Assembly: GCF_009914755.1 (NCBI RefSeq)
Contig: NC_060928.1
Length of the DNA stretch: 64,000 nt
DNA from: the human T2T-CHM13v2.0 reference genome, Homo sapiens
Direction: 5' to 3' (one strand)
A program made the translations under genes and the position numbers. Each line of letters begins with the position of its first letter. Position 1 is the stretch's first letter. Positions 38,051 to 58,259 of this stretch are shown one piece after another. The notes below the pieces were generated by a model, which searched no databases, was not told the DNA's origin, and was given only the letters and a program-made list of their open reading frames with translations.

Positions 38051-41000
38051 ATTTTAAAAATTCTTCCTCATTTTTTAATTTTTCTTGATCAAATATTGGA
38101 TCATTTTGTGCTCTACATTAATAAGAGAAGCCATTTCCTGATAGGTGAATAAAAAGATTGACTAGAACATTCAGGGCCTAGATAGGGTTGGATAAATTGT
38201 ATTTTTAATAGTACCAGATAACATAAATATAGGAACATTGTCAGAAAGCTAAGGATTAGCAGAGGCTATGTAGAAGAAGCAGGGAGGAGGTAACCTAGGA
38301 TGTTGGTCATAGCCTCCATCCATCACTCCTCCTTTCATTCTTCCAGAAAGCCCTTGCTAATCCTTAACTTAGGGTTAACCTAAACAAAATTATTTTATTA
38401 TTTACATGCTCCTGAACAATTATGGCCAAGATGCATACTACTGTGTAGAACATTGCCTGGAACATACTAGGCACTCCATAAGTATTTGTTGCATAAATGA
38501 AAATATGTCCACTGAGATTTCATGAGATATCAAAGGTCATTTTGGAGGACAAACAAGAAAACGAAGAAATGAAAATCTTTTTATTTTTTTTCCTGAATAT
38601 TCCAACTAAAGAAAGCATCAGGTCGTTTTCATTAATGTATCACCTCTATTACATATCTTTGTTACCTCCACATGTCCTGTTGCTGTTATTACCTATTACA
38701 GATAACAGATGTCTCTACTTTGAAAGTTGCTAATTGCAAATATAAGAAAATTAAGTTCTGTGAATAAAATAATTAAATAAGTGACACTTCCTTAAACTAT
38801 TCCTATGAAGATAACTTCCTCCTGGGTGGCTTCAATGTAGACAGAAATAAAAATCAGACTTCGTTAATTTCCACGTTTTCAGAATTACGAGGTTGCCTAA
38901 ATAAGAACATTAATAAAGGCAAGACTGTTAAAAAGAGACTACTCCCATTTTAATACAAAGTGTCCATAATGCATCTAAAAGATGCAAAGAGTTCAGTGGC
39001 AGACTGCAGCCTCCTAGGTCAGAACAATCTCAGCTCTGGTGATGTATCGTCATCTTCCAAGATATGAGCAAGGAGGCAGAGCCAGAAGACTTCCAATTTT
39101 AACTAATGGGTTATGTCATTTTAGAATAAAGTCAGTTGTTTTTCTAACTCAGTGTTGGACTTTACAAAGCATTGCTCTGAACTCAGTTGTTCTGTTGTGC
39201 AATTTGTATGTGCCCAACTTTTGAGCAGCAAACAAGCAGAACCCATAAAATTGCTACCAGCCTTGACCACACTCTGTACAGGGTCATGTTCAAAGAAATG
39301 CTCCCCTATCAGTGCCTCCTCTGATCACTCCCCAGATATTAAATTTTTATTTTCAACAAGTGGGTACAAAACTCATTCAAAACTCATTTGTCAGCTTGAG
39401 TAAATATGATTAAAAAGAAAAAAACAGAAACTCTTCATTTGGAAAATATCTAATCTTCATTTAGAAAATTCTGTTTCCAAGTTTTTTAAGTAGACAGTTA
39501 CAATATTTTTTAATGGGGGTAACAGTTACATCATTTTTGGTTGTAAAAATAATATAACAATGGCAGCATCTCTTTATATCTGTTATCAAAATCCTTTCTC
39601 TTTCAAAAAGGAGATTTTTTTCTCATTCATTTTTTCAAACATCATCCTTGCTTTAATGGCATAAATGAACTTTTTAAAAGATTTTGAAAAATAAATGCTT
39701 GTCAGGTATGATTAGACATAATAGCTTTAACCTCTTCAAGTGACCCAAAAGCCTTGTAGTTCAAGTAAAAGATTTGTCTCTGCCATATCCTTTCGTTAAC
39801 CTGTGCTTGTTATATGATTTCTATCTTTGATCTGAGATATCTTTGCAGGAATACTTTTGAGGTCACTTGTTTATTTTCTGAAAACCAGTTTTGTTAAAGC
39901 TAGATGATACAATCTATAAAGACGTTCATTGGGACACATGTAAACTGAACTTTGCATGTGCTAAAGCAAGCAAGTATGTGAGACTGTCATGTTAACCACT
40001 CCCAATGAATCCTACCCTCTCCTCAGGGTATATCCTGTATCAGAACTCATGTGACCATCTGACAGGCAGATGACATTAGAGTACCAGAGTCAATTTTCCT
40101 ATTAAATAGTAGTATATCTTATTTTTTTCACCCTCCCACTGGGGATCTAATTTCATCTTGGAGTCATTTGTGGGTCCATTCCCTGTGAAGCCAAGGAAAT
40201 TCCAAATATGAGTCGCTGCAGAAACATTTAGGTCCTTCTAATTCTTCTGCATGAAGCATTATCAAGACAAATAAGCCTTCCTCTTCCTAATACCAATACG
40301 CTCTCATAACATAACTTTGTTGTATTACTTTGCTAATGGAACTTCTACATCTTCATTCTGACTTGCTCTAAATACTCTGCCTATGTAGGAATGGGTGGTA
40401 GGAAAAAATAAGGACTCATTTTTTTCTGTGATTCCATTGGATGTTAGGTCCCACTTAGTCTGTGGCAGGCATGGAACCAAACTCAGCCTGGAAGGCCCCC
40501 TCTAACACTGACATTCCATGAATCTTGGTGAAAGCCACCTATATTGGCTGGCAGTGCCATTCCTGGGTGATGTACACATTTTCCAAGTCCTCACTTGCCC
40601 CCATGTGAACATGTCCCACTCTATCTTTGGTGAAACACAACGATAGCTTCAAAAGATGCGACTGAAAAAGGATATTCATGAGAATTAGAAACAAATCACT
40701 GCAGGGAGCTAACAACATAGAAATGCTTCAAACTGTGAGGAATTGCAGCAACAGTTCCTGTTGTGAGGTACACAATGGACACAGCATGTGGGAAGCTATA
40801 AAAAAACACTGGAAGAAAAAGTGTGTCTATGAAAAACAACTTAAAAAAAAAAACCTACAGAGAGCTCAAATTCCTCATGTGCAGAGTTTAACTACCACAG
40901 AAAAGTCTCTGGGGCCAAGAGGGTAAATCTCTAGGCTAAGTTTAGAGTTTGAATCCCAAAGTCTTTACCAGGTCTCATCTATTTCATGGTGCCTACAAAT

Positions 41001-41679
41001 ATCCTCTCAGTGCAACCAAAGGTCCTCCTGCTTCTATCAGCCCCCAGGAGCTACGTTTACAAGCAAGATGAACAAGGTTACCATGTCCATTCCAAAAATC
41101 ACTTAATTATATAAAACTATATGAGGAAGAAGATTGATCCAGATTCAGTCCTCAATCTACAAGGTGTTTATTTCTAAACGAGTGTTTTAACACAGCTCAA
41201 AGTGGCTTATGACTTGTTATGCATATATGTGATTACTAAATCAAATTAAATCATCACCATATTATTTTTAAATATCAACCTACCCTAGCATCTCAAGGCA
41301 AAATTACTCTGAATTGAACAAAGAGTAAAATTAAAAGTATAAGCCCCTAAAATCATCATGTAATATTATGTATGACCAAAGAAATTATTTTAACATAAGG
41401 ATGGTATTCCTCTGGAAAAATAAAAAGAAAAGAATTTTTAGAAAATCATACTTAACAGATAGAGAGATATATCTGATGGTGACCCAGAAATCCTCTTCAA
41501 TATTGAAAGAATAGCTTTTCCTTATTGGGTAACTAATGGGAACTTTATTACACTCAATCTCTTTTTATAATCATTATCTCTAGATTGTAAAGTCCAAAAG
41601 GCAATGACTGCACATTTTGTTCAGTGATTTAAAGACCTTTCTCAGCTGGTATAGTATTAAATAAGCAAGAAAATTTTGT

Positions 41680-44560
<2,881 letters not shown>

Positions 44561-44989
44561 TAAAAAGAATTTAAGCTGGTTCTTCCCACCTGACTTTAGA
44601 TTTTCCACAAATAAGAATAATGTTTGGAAGCCAGTCAGCCCAAACAATACCCACTACAGAGGCCACGGGTGGGTGCTAGAGAGGGCAGGATAGCTTCACT
44701 CAGCTGTGCAGGACATTGGGATGATGGAGTGGAGACACAGTGAGCTAACATGGGGAAAATGAAATTAATTTTATGTGTATTCGAATATATGCTGATTATC
44801 AGAATTCCATGGGGGGGGATGTGAATCAGCTCAAATGATTTAAATATTTTATCTTTCAATATTGGAAACAAACATTCAGTTAAATGAATAGTGCAAACAT
44901 AATAACATTCTCATGGAATCTTTACATCTTTACATTTGGACATCACAGGAATGTTAAAGTGGGGTGGGAAAGAATTGAAATTGAGGGCC

Positions 44990-46150
44990 ACTCACCAATA
45001 GAAAAGGTTAAGTAGTAGATTAAAATGAAAATTTTCAGACATGCAAGATCTCAAAATATGTTCATTTTTATATCCTTTATAGGGAACTGCTAGGGCATGT
45101 ATGACACTCAAACAAGGAAATAAACCAAGAAAGAGAAAGGCATGAGAATCAAGAATTAAGGTGCCCAGTGTAGGAGAGCACTGTGAAGAACTCTTAGGAT
45201 GAGGGAAAGAAGACCCCAGGTCACAGCTCTGCAACAGGCCTAGCCAGCTACCAACTCCTAGTGAGGAGAAGGATGGAGGACTGCAGGACTGAGGGCTCCA
45301 AAGAGTGGGGGAAATAGATACATATGGATAAATGTATGCAGATATTTGAGGGATAGACTGGTGATAGATACATAAAATACAAAGCAAGTAGAAAATGAGT
45401 TAATTATTAACTCCAGGGGAGATATAAAATTATAAAAGAAAGAAAATATAATCATAATCTACTAGATAGCTCAGCTGTAAACAATACACAGGGATAATAA
45501 TACCAACATTGAATATTAATCTAATAAGAAAATATGATAAAAACCAGATGTCTTGGATTTGCTTTGAATTGGCATGAGATGGTGTGGAAAGTGGGTGGGG
45601 TGTGGATGGGGCAGGATTATCCACAGGTTAATGGCTATTGGGGCTGTGTGATAAGTACATGAGGGTTCATTATATAATATCCTTCTACGAGTATGCTCAA
45701 AATTCCTCATAATAAAATGGGGAATTTTAAAATTTTCAGTTTTGTTTTACTCGATTTCTGCATCATGGCTGGGGTCTCTGCATTTTAAAATTTAAGTTTT
45801 TAAATTTTAAAATGACAATATAACCATATTGGAAGACATGGGAAGAAAAGGAGCAGGGGTATGAGTGTGATAGAGTTAATCTTCATTTTCCACAGTAGGA
45901 AATCCACAGATAGTGTCTGAAACTAAAAATTCAGGTAGTAGCTCAGTACACATGTGAGTTAGAAATATGGATATAAAAACCAGATGGTTTTTATAAAATA
46001 AAACCAGAGAGATAAAAGAGATAAAATCAGGCACTCTGGGGAGAAGGAACCAAAAATGAGGAGAGTGAGCCTGCTGTTTTCCATTGTCGACCCCATAGAA
46101 CAACTTGGCTTTTAAAGCTATGTGTCTGCACGTCTTTCAAAATAAAAATT
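44990..46150 (+). mobile_element. HAL1-like fragments (with short L1M 3' piece ~45600-45720)
   Basis: ttttcagacatgcaagatctcaaaa...aaacaaggaaataaaccaagaaagagaaaggcatgagaatc. Confidence 0.6.
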
Positions 46151-46208
46151 AAGTCATTAACATTCAAATAAAATAACTTCTTAAATGAAAGAAAGAGAAA
46201 TGTGTAGT

Positions 46209-46540
46209 GGCTGGGAGCAATGATTCATGCTTGTAACCCCAGCACTTTGGGAAGCCGAGGCAGGTGGATCACTCGAGCCCAGGAGTTAAAGCCAGCTCAG
46301 GCAACATGGCAAAACCCATATTTTTTCTATAAAAACTACAAAAATTAGTAGGGCATGGTGGCGCATACCTGTAGTCCCAGATACTCAGGAGGCTGAGGTG
46401 GGAGGCTCACTTGAGCCTGCGAGGGCGAGGCTGCAGTGAGCCATACTCACGCCATTGCACTCAGACCTGGGAAAGAGAGTGAGACCGTGTCTCAGGAAAA
46501 AAAAAAAAAAAAAAGAAGAAGAAGAAGAAATAAATAAAGC
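46209..46540 (+). mobile_element. AluJ
   Basis: gagcccaggag and gaggctgcagtgagcc J diagnostics; A/(GAA)n tail. Confidence 0.88.
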
Positions 46541-48202
46541 AAAGAAACTAGTCTGAAAAAGATACACCTTGCTGTGTACCACCTCTCTAGGCTGAATAGC
46601 CAGAGCACCTGGAGGGAGCAGGGGGCAAGATTGAAATCAGACATGAGCTAGACTCAGCCCACAAGCAGTTTCCCAACTGCTACCTAAAGCGTACATTAAA
46701 GTTAACAACAAGATGATTAGGTAATCACAAATATGCTTCTGGAATGCCAATTACACAAAATCACAAACTGTCTAGCTACTCATAAGCTGAATTTCTAGCT
46801 TTGAGATGAGCACTGCTAAATACTCCTGAGGGCCCTCTCAATGATTTTCTGCTGCCTAGAAGAAGGAAGCTGACACTGAAGCTGCCATTCTTGCAACACA
46901 TCTTTGGGCTCTAGTCTGTCCTTTTCCTTGTGGCCTCTGCAGATATTTTAGCTTGAGGTGTTATCAAATATGTTTAATAGTTGATACAGCATATGCCTTG
47001 ATCAATTAGAAGGGACCCCAGTCTGATGCAGAAATAGAGTCTCTAGGCTACCTGCCAGACCAGGCATTAATCCTTTAGTTGCCAGACTGTAGGGAGATCC
47101 TGAGGGTCCCATGGGCTATGGCAGTGTTAGGGGGCATTCATGAGGCTTGGGACATTAGCTCCTTACCAACTCTTACCAACATATTTCAATATTTTTAGCA
47201 AACCTTATCTATAGTAGTACAAATCAGCTGAATACTAGTCCTATTTCAGGATTTCCATCATTTAGCAGCTGGGCTGAGATGGGAATGATTATATTTTGCG
47301 CAGGTCTGAAGTTTGGATCTGCTTAAGGGCACCATCAAGGATTTTAGCACTGTTACTAGGACGTAGCCTTGGGAGAAAGGGATAATGAACTCTGTTTATC
47401 AACCTATCATTGATGTTTATTAGGTAGCTGAGTGGCACAATATCTTTTTAGTTTTTACTAGTTTGACATTTTCCTCCATCCTGCTATCTCCTTAATGCTT
47501 ACTTTTCATCTAATGTCCATTATCCAGCTGTCTTAGTTTGTTCACTGCTGTATCCCCATTGCTTAGAATGGTGCCAGGCACATAGAGGCACTCAATAGTG
47601 CCAGGCATGTAGACGCCATCAATAAATGAATTGATGGCTTCTAGAAAAGAGGAAAGGCACCATGCACAGAGAAAAGATATGAAAGAAGATCTGAAAGAGA
47701 TCACTGGAACTCTGATTATATTCTGAGAGAGGGTAATTCATGTATGGAAACGGTGCTAGAGGACAGCACCAAAGGGTCCCATTCATTTCTCAAATGGCAA
47801 GACTGTGCAAGTCAAAGAGAATCTTAGACAGCCAAGTATGTTAAGAAAAGGGCAGTGGGTGTTTAATGCTTTTACATTCTTCTCAGTTCTATCTGCCAAC
47901 AGGCCAGTTCACTTTAACAGGAAAAGGAAATTGCTTTGCTCTTAGGTAAGCATGACCGCCTTATCCTTACCCCTAACTGCTTCCTCAAAACCTGTCCAAT
48001 TTGAATGAGAACCCTCCCTTACAACCTAACCATGCATTTCTCTTACTCTGCCCTCTTCAAATGCACCTGTCCTTGGATTTAAAACTTGTTGAGTCATGTA
48101 TTGGTTTAATGCTTTTATTCTGCTCTATGTCCACATCCAAATATCTTGGATTCTAAATTCCAGGAAAAGCAGGGATGTAACTGTCACATTAAATACACAT
48201 GC

Positions 48203-49725
48203 AGTGAGACCAGTCCTTTGGTTTGCATGGGAGCTGGGTGGGCCCTGTGACTGCCGGCTTTCCCCCACTTCCCTGACAACCTGCCTGACTCCACAGAGGC
48301 ATTCATAATCCTCCTAGGTACACAACTCCAGTGAACTGGGAATCTCACCCCCCTCCCCAACAGCAGCCACATAAAGACCCACCCAAGGAGAGTCTGAGCT
48401 CAGACACACCTAGTCCCACCCCCTCCTGATGGTCCTCCCCTATCCACCCTGGTAGCAGAAGACAAAGGGCATTTAATCTTGGGAGTTCTAGGGCTCAGCC
48501 CACCGCTGGTCCCTCTCCATGCTATTACAGCTGATGCTTTCTGGAAAGCATAATAATAGACCATTACAAAAGCTAACAACCCTCATGGAGTCCATTGCCT
48601 TCTCCGCCACCTCCAATGGAACAGGCACTGGGATCCAGCTGAGAGACCCATAGACAGTTCATATCACAGGACTCTGCAGACAACCCCCTGTACCAGCCTG
48701 GAGCCAGGTAGACTCACTGGGTGGCTAGATCCAGAAGAGAGACAACAATCACTGAAGCTCAGCTCACAGGAAGCCACATCCACAGGAAAAGGGGGAGAGT
48801 ACTACATCAAGGGAACACCCTGTGGGACAAAAAAAAAAAATCTGAACAACAGCCTTCAGCCCTAGACTTCCCTCTGACAGAGGCTACCCAAATGAGAAGG
48901 AACCAGAAAACCAACCCTGGCAATATGACAAAACAGGGCTCTTCGACACCCCCCAAAAATCACACTAGTTTACCAGCAGTGGATCCAAACCCAGAGTGTG
49001 GGTCCCTGATTTACCTGAAAAAGAATTCAGGAGGTTAGTTATTAAGCTAATTAGGTAGGGACCAGAGAAAGGTGAAGCCCAATGCAAGGAAACCCAAAAA
49101 AATGATACAAGAAGTGAATGGAGAAATATTCAAGGAAATAGATAGCTTAAGGAAAAAACACTTAAAAATTCAAGAAACTTTGGACACACTTTTAGAAATG
49201 TGAAATGCTCTGGAAAGTCTCAGCAATAGAACTGAACAAGTAGGAGAAAGAAATTCAGAGCTCAAAGACAAGGTCTTCAAATTAACCCAATCCAACAAAG
49301 ACAAAGAAAGAAGAATAAGAAAATATGAAAAATCCTCCAAGAAGTCTGGGATTATGTTAAATGACCAAACCTAAAAATAATTGCTGTTCCTGAGGAAGAC
49401 AATTCTAAAAGCTTGGAAAACATATTTGGGGGAAAAATCAAAGAAAACTTTCCTGGCCTTGCTAGAGACCTAGACATGCAAACAGAAGAAGCACAAAGAA
49501 TACCTGGGAAATTCATTGCAAAAAGATCTTCACCTGGGCACATTGTCATCAGGTTATCCAAAGTTAATACAAGGGAAAGAATCTTAAGAGCAGTGAGACA
49601 GAAGCACCAGGTAACCTATAAAGGAAAACCTATCAGATTAACAGCAGATTTCTGAGCAGAAACCCTATAAGCTAGAAGGGATTAGGGCCCTATCTTCAGC
49701 CTCCTCAAACAAAACAATTATCAGT
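48203..49725 (+). mobile_element. L1PB (L1PBa-like) internal fragment: part of 5' UTR and decayed ORF1
   Basis: ORF1-like MRRNQKTNPGNMTKQG (~48892) and ENFPGLARDL...QVTYKGKPIRLTADF; no poly(A) or TSD seen. Confidence 0.85.
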
Positions 49726-50154
49726 CACCATAGGACCTCTGCAGAGGCTAGAACTGGCACACGATTTTTGCCATTTTCCAGGGCACAAAAAATGCCCAAG
49801 TAGGAGATTCACTGCTTCATTATTTGACCAATATTTTTAAAATATAGACCCGAATGATAAGAAGCCATTTATTCCAGGATTGGAGAGCAGAGGTTTTAGG
49901 CTGAAAAAACAGGAACAAATTTGGAGGGTGTGATGGTCAGTTTGACATGTCAGCTTGGCTAGACTGTATTACTCAGTTATTTAATCAAACAGATAAATCA
50001 AAAATTTAATATAGGTGTTGCTGTATTTTGATTTTTTTAAACAGATGTATGTGATTAACATCTACAATCAGTTGACTTTCATTAAAGAGATTACTTTCTA
50101 TAATGTGAGTGAGCCTCATTCAGTCAGTTTAAAGTCCTTAAGAGCAAAAACGGG

Positions 50155-51059
50155 CGGAGGAGGAGCCAAGATGGCCGAATAGGAACAGCTCGGGTCTACA
50201 GCTCCCAGCGTGAGCGACGCAGAAGACGGGTGATTTCTGCATTTCCATCTGAGGTACCAGGTTCATCTCACTAGGGAGTGCCAGACAGTGGGCGCAGGTC
50301 AGTGGGTGCACGCACCGTGCGCAAGTGGAAGCAGGGTGAGGCATTGCCTCACTCCGGAAGCACAAGGGATCAGGGAGTTCCCTTTCCTAGTCAAAGAAAG
50401 GGGTGACGAACGGCACCTGGAAAATCGGGTCACTCCCACCCGAATACTGCGCTGTTCCGACCAACTTAAAAAACGGCGCACCATGAGATTATATCCCACA
50501 CCTGGCTCAGAGGGTCCTAACGCCCACGGAGTCTCGCTGATTGCTAGCACAGCAGTCTGAGATCAAACTGCAAGGTGGCAGCGAGGCTGGGGGAGGGGCG
50601 CCCGCCATTGCCCAGGCTTGCTTAGGTAAACAAAGCAGTCTGGAAGCTGGAACTGGGTGGAGCCCACCACAGCTCAAGGAGGCCTGCCTGCCTCTGCAGG
50701 CTCCACCTCTGGGGGCAGGGCACAGACAAAAAGACAGCAGTAACCTCTGCAGACTTAAATGTCCCTGTCTGACAGCTTTGAAGAGAGCACTGGTTCTCCC
50801 AGTACGCAGCTGGAGATCTGAGAACGGGCAGACTGCCTCCTCAAGTGGGTCCCTGACCCCTGACCCCCAAGCAGCCTAACTGGGAGGCACCCCCCAGCAG
50901 GGGCACACTGACACCTCACACGGCAGGGTACTCCAACAGACCTGCAGCTGAGGGTCCTGTCCGTTAGAAGGAAAACTAACAAACAGAAAGGACATCCACA
51001 CCAAAAACCCATCTGTACATCACCATCATCAAAGACCAAAAGTAGATAAAACCACAAAG
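50155..51059 (+). promoter_or_regulatory. L1 5' UTR internal sense promoter and antisense promoter region
   Basis: Complete CpG-containing L1PA 5' UTR; promoter function is established for the family, not shown for this copy. Confidence 0.75.
50299..50484 (-). CDS. L1 ORF0-like antisense ORF, 61 aa (MVRRFLS...HGACTH)
   Basis: ATG at 50484; sequence matches primate L1 ORF0; stops early at TGA; expression unknown. Confidence 0.55.
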   Translation of the reverse strand: MVRRFLSWSEQRSIRVGVTRFSRCRSSPLSLTRKGNSLIPCASGVRQCLTLLPLAHGACTH

Positions 51060-52076
51060 ATGGGGAAAAAACAGAACAGAAAAACTGGAAACTCTAAAAA
51101 GCAGAGCACCTCTCCTCCTCCAAAGGAACGCAGTTCCTCACCAGCAACGGAACAAAGCTGGACGGAGAACGACTTTGACGAGCTGAGAGAAGAAGGCTTC
51201 AGACGATCAAATTACTCTGAGCTACGGGAGGACATTCATACCAAAGGCAAAGAAGTTGAAAACTTTGAAAAAAATTTAGACAAATGTATAACTAGAATAA
51301 CCAATACAGAGAAGTGCTTAAAGGAGCTGATGGAGCTGAAAACCAAGGCTTGAGAACTACGTGAAGAATGCAGAAGCCTCAGGAGCCGATGCGATCAACT
51401 GGAAGAAAGGGTATCAGCAATGGAAGATGAAATGAATGAAATGAAGCCAGAAGGGAAGTTTAGAGAAAAAAGAATAAAAAGAAATGAGCAAAGCCTCCAA
51501 GAAATATGGGACTATGTGAAAAGACCAAATCTACGTCTGATTGGTGTACCTGAAAGTGACGGGGAGAATGGAACCAAGTTGGAAAACACTCTGCAGGATA
51601 TTATCCAAGAGAACTTCCCCAATCTAGCAAGGCAGGCCAACATTCAGATTCAGGAAATACAGAGAACGCCACAAAGATACTCCTCGAGAAGAGCAACTCC
51701 AAGACACATAATAGTCAGATTCACCAAAGTTGAAATGAAGGAAAAAATGTTAAGGGCAGCCAGAGAGAAAGGTCGGGTTACCCTCAAAGGGAAGCCCATC
51801 AGACTAACAGCGGATCTCTCGGCAGAAACCCTACAAGCCAGAAGAGAGTGGGGGCCAATATTCAACATTCTTAAAGAAAAGAATTTTCAACCCAGAATTT
51901 CATATCCAGCCAAACTAAGCTTCATAAGTGAAGGAGAAATAAAATACTTTACAGACAAGCAAATGCTAAGAGATTTTGTCACCACCAGGCCTGCCCCACA
52001 AGAGCTCCTGAAGGAAGCGCTAAACATGGAAAGGAACAACCGGTACTAGCCGCTGCAAAATCATGCCAAAATGTAA
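51060..52076 (+). pseudogene. L1 ORF1p, disrupted
   Basis: MGKKQNRK start; 1017-nt frame conserved, nonsense TGA at 51351 and TAG at 52047. Confidence 0.95.
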
Positions 52077-52132
52077 AGACCATCGAGACTAGGAAGAAAC
52101 TGCATCAACTAACGAGCAAAATAACCAGCTAA

Positions 52133-55963
<3,831 letters not shown>

Positions 55964-56656
55964 ACAATGAGATCACATGGACACAGGAAGGGGAATATCA
56001 CACTCTGGGGACTGTTGTGGGGTGGGGAGAGGGGGGAGGGATAGCATTGGGAGATATACCTAATGCTAGATGACGAGTTGGTGGGTGCAGCGCACCAGCA
56101 TGGCACATGTATACATATGTAACTAACCTGCACAATGTGCACATGTACCCTAAAACTTGAAGTATAATAATAAAAGAAAAAAAAAAGAGCAAAAACGGGT
56201 TTCCCAGAGAAGATATGCTGCCTCATGACCGCAGCATTAACAACTATTGCTTGTTTCCACCTTGCCAGTCTGCCCTACGGCTTTTGAACTTGTCAGCTCC
56301 ACAATTGCATAAACTAATTCCTTAAAATAAATCTCTCTCTCTCCCCTCTTTCTCTCTTTCTGTTGATCAATCAACAGAGAGAGATATACAGAAAGATATC
56401 TATATAGAAAAATACCTGGATATCTAGATATATATCTAGAAATAGATATACAGAAATATAAAGATTCTTATATTTATTTATTACGATTTGCTAATATAAA
56501 TACATAAATTTTATATTCATTTAAATATAAAGGACTTTATATAAATTTAAAATGTATACAAATTTATATTTATATAGAGATCTGTCTAGACAAAGAGAGA
56601 GTGAGAAAGATCTCTTTCAGCACTATTTTGATATCTCATTTCCTTTTTTCTCTCTG

Positions 56657-56811
56657 TTTTTTTTTAAGACAGGGTCTTGCTCTATCACCCAGGCTGGGGT
56701 GTAGTGGTACATTCATAGCCCACTATAACCTCAAACTGCTGGGCTCAAGCGATCTTCCACCTTAGCCCCTCTAATAGCTGAAACTACAGGCATGAACCAC
56801 TGCACCCAGCT
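56657..56811 (-). mobile_element. FRAM/FAM-like Alu monomer
   Basis: Single monomer gacagggtcttgctct...cactgcacccagc; flanking atctcatttc repeats. Confidence 0.8.
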
Positions 56812-57149
56812 CAGCATCTCATTTCAAGTCTCATTGCAGCATTTGCTTCTGAAGTTCCAGCCTGCAATAGTTGCTACAAAATATATACCATATGAATTCT
56901 GTTTCTCTGGGGAACCGTAACTGATGTGGAGTGCTTGAGGAACAGAAAGAAGGCCAGAATTACTGGAGAACAATGGAAGCAGAGTGAGGAAGGATAGACT
57001 GGTGGGAGGGTGATGTGCAATGAGGGCAAAGAGGTAGGGAATGGCCAGGCTATCTTAGGCCTTGTAATTCCACAAAACAAGAATCCACAGATCAGATAAC
57101 AAGTAACAGGTTAAATGAAGAAAAATATCAAACTTTTACAGATCTGAAA

Positions 57150-57638
57150 ATTGGATTAGGTTTCTTACCTATCAGATTAACAAATATTCCAAAGATTGAC
57201 AACCCACTTTGTTGGTGAGGCTATATGAAAACAAGCACTCTCAAAAATCTCTGGTGGGAGGATAAAAACGCATAATCCTTATGGAGGGGAATTTGGCAAT
57301 ATCTAACAAAACCCCACATGCATTTATCAGTTGACCAAGCATTCCCAATTCAAGGAATTTACGTTGAAGATGTGGAAGTAGGAAAACCACAAAAGGTTAT
57401 TCTTTGCAGCATTGTTTGTACTAGCACAATATTGGAAATGACCTAAATGTCCATCCATAGGCAATTGGTTAGTGAAATGTAGTATATGCATACTGTAGAG
57501 TTCCATGCAGCTGTTGAAAAAAAAAAAAATTCTTATGTACTAATATGGAGTGCCGCCTAGGATATTTGTTAAGTAAAAAGCAAGGGGCAAATGAATATAA
57601 AGAGAATGCTAACTTCAACATAAGAAGGAAAGAGAAAT

Positions 57639-57670
<32 letters not shown>

Positions 57671-57855
57671 TGTGTGTGTTTATTTTTGCAAAAACAAAAA
57701 TTCAGACCAAAAAAAAAAAAAAAAAGCAGGAACTAAGAAAATGGTTTCCTACGGAGTGGAAGGGAAGGGGATAGAAATGAGACTTCCTTGAGGATAACTT
57801 TTTACATGATTTTGACTTTAGACTACATAAATATTTCAAGTAATCTAAAAAAAAA
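57150..57855 (+). mobile_element. L1ME 3' region
   Basis: cttatggaggggaatttggcaatatct...gcagcattgtttgta...cctaaatgtccatccatagg. Confidence 0.75.
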
Positions 57856-57859
57856 ACAA

Positions 57860-58259
57860 TGTGGTAGATACAGAAATGTACTCCTGGATTCTCTTCAAGG
57901 AAGCACCAGCTGCCCAGATGTGGGGAGTGCAGACAGCAGACAATCTCCAGCTGTCAGTAATTTCAGGGTGCCCTGGGCTGCAGAACTGTCTCATGAAAAG
58001 TCACACCCTTCCTGGAGACAACCACATCCTATGACTAAGAGAAGCAGAGGCATAAGGCCCAATGCAGGACAACTCTGTTGGACAGTATTCCAGAGCTCTC
58101 CACCAGGTTGGCCAAGGCTTTGTATTGCCTGCATCGCAGTTGTCATCTCTCTTTTCCTAAATCCTATATCCTCTGTCTTCTTTTCACAAGTGTTGATCTT
58201 TAATCTTGCACCCCAAGCTCTGTTGCAGCATCTGCTTCTGAATAATCTAGTCTGCAACA
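57860..58259 (+). mobile_element. LTR16A-like ERVL LTR
   Basis: tgtggtagatacagaaatg...caagtgttgatc...gcatctgcttc...ctgcaaca. Confidence 0.7.

Noticed and set aside
38700-41600. Repeat-poor stretch (also ~25000-27000) as possible exons or enhancer
   Set aside because: No convincing splice-site pair, ORF or CpG island; conservation cannot be judged from the sequence alone
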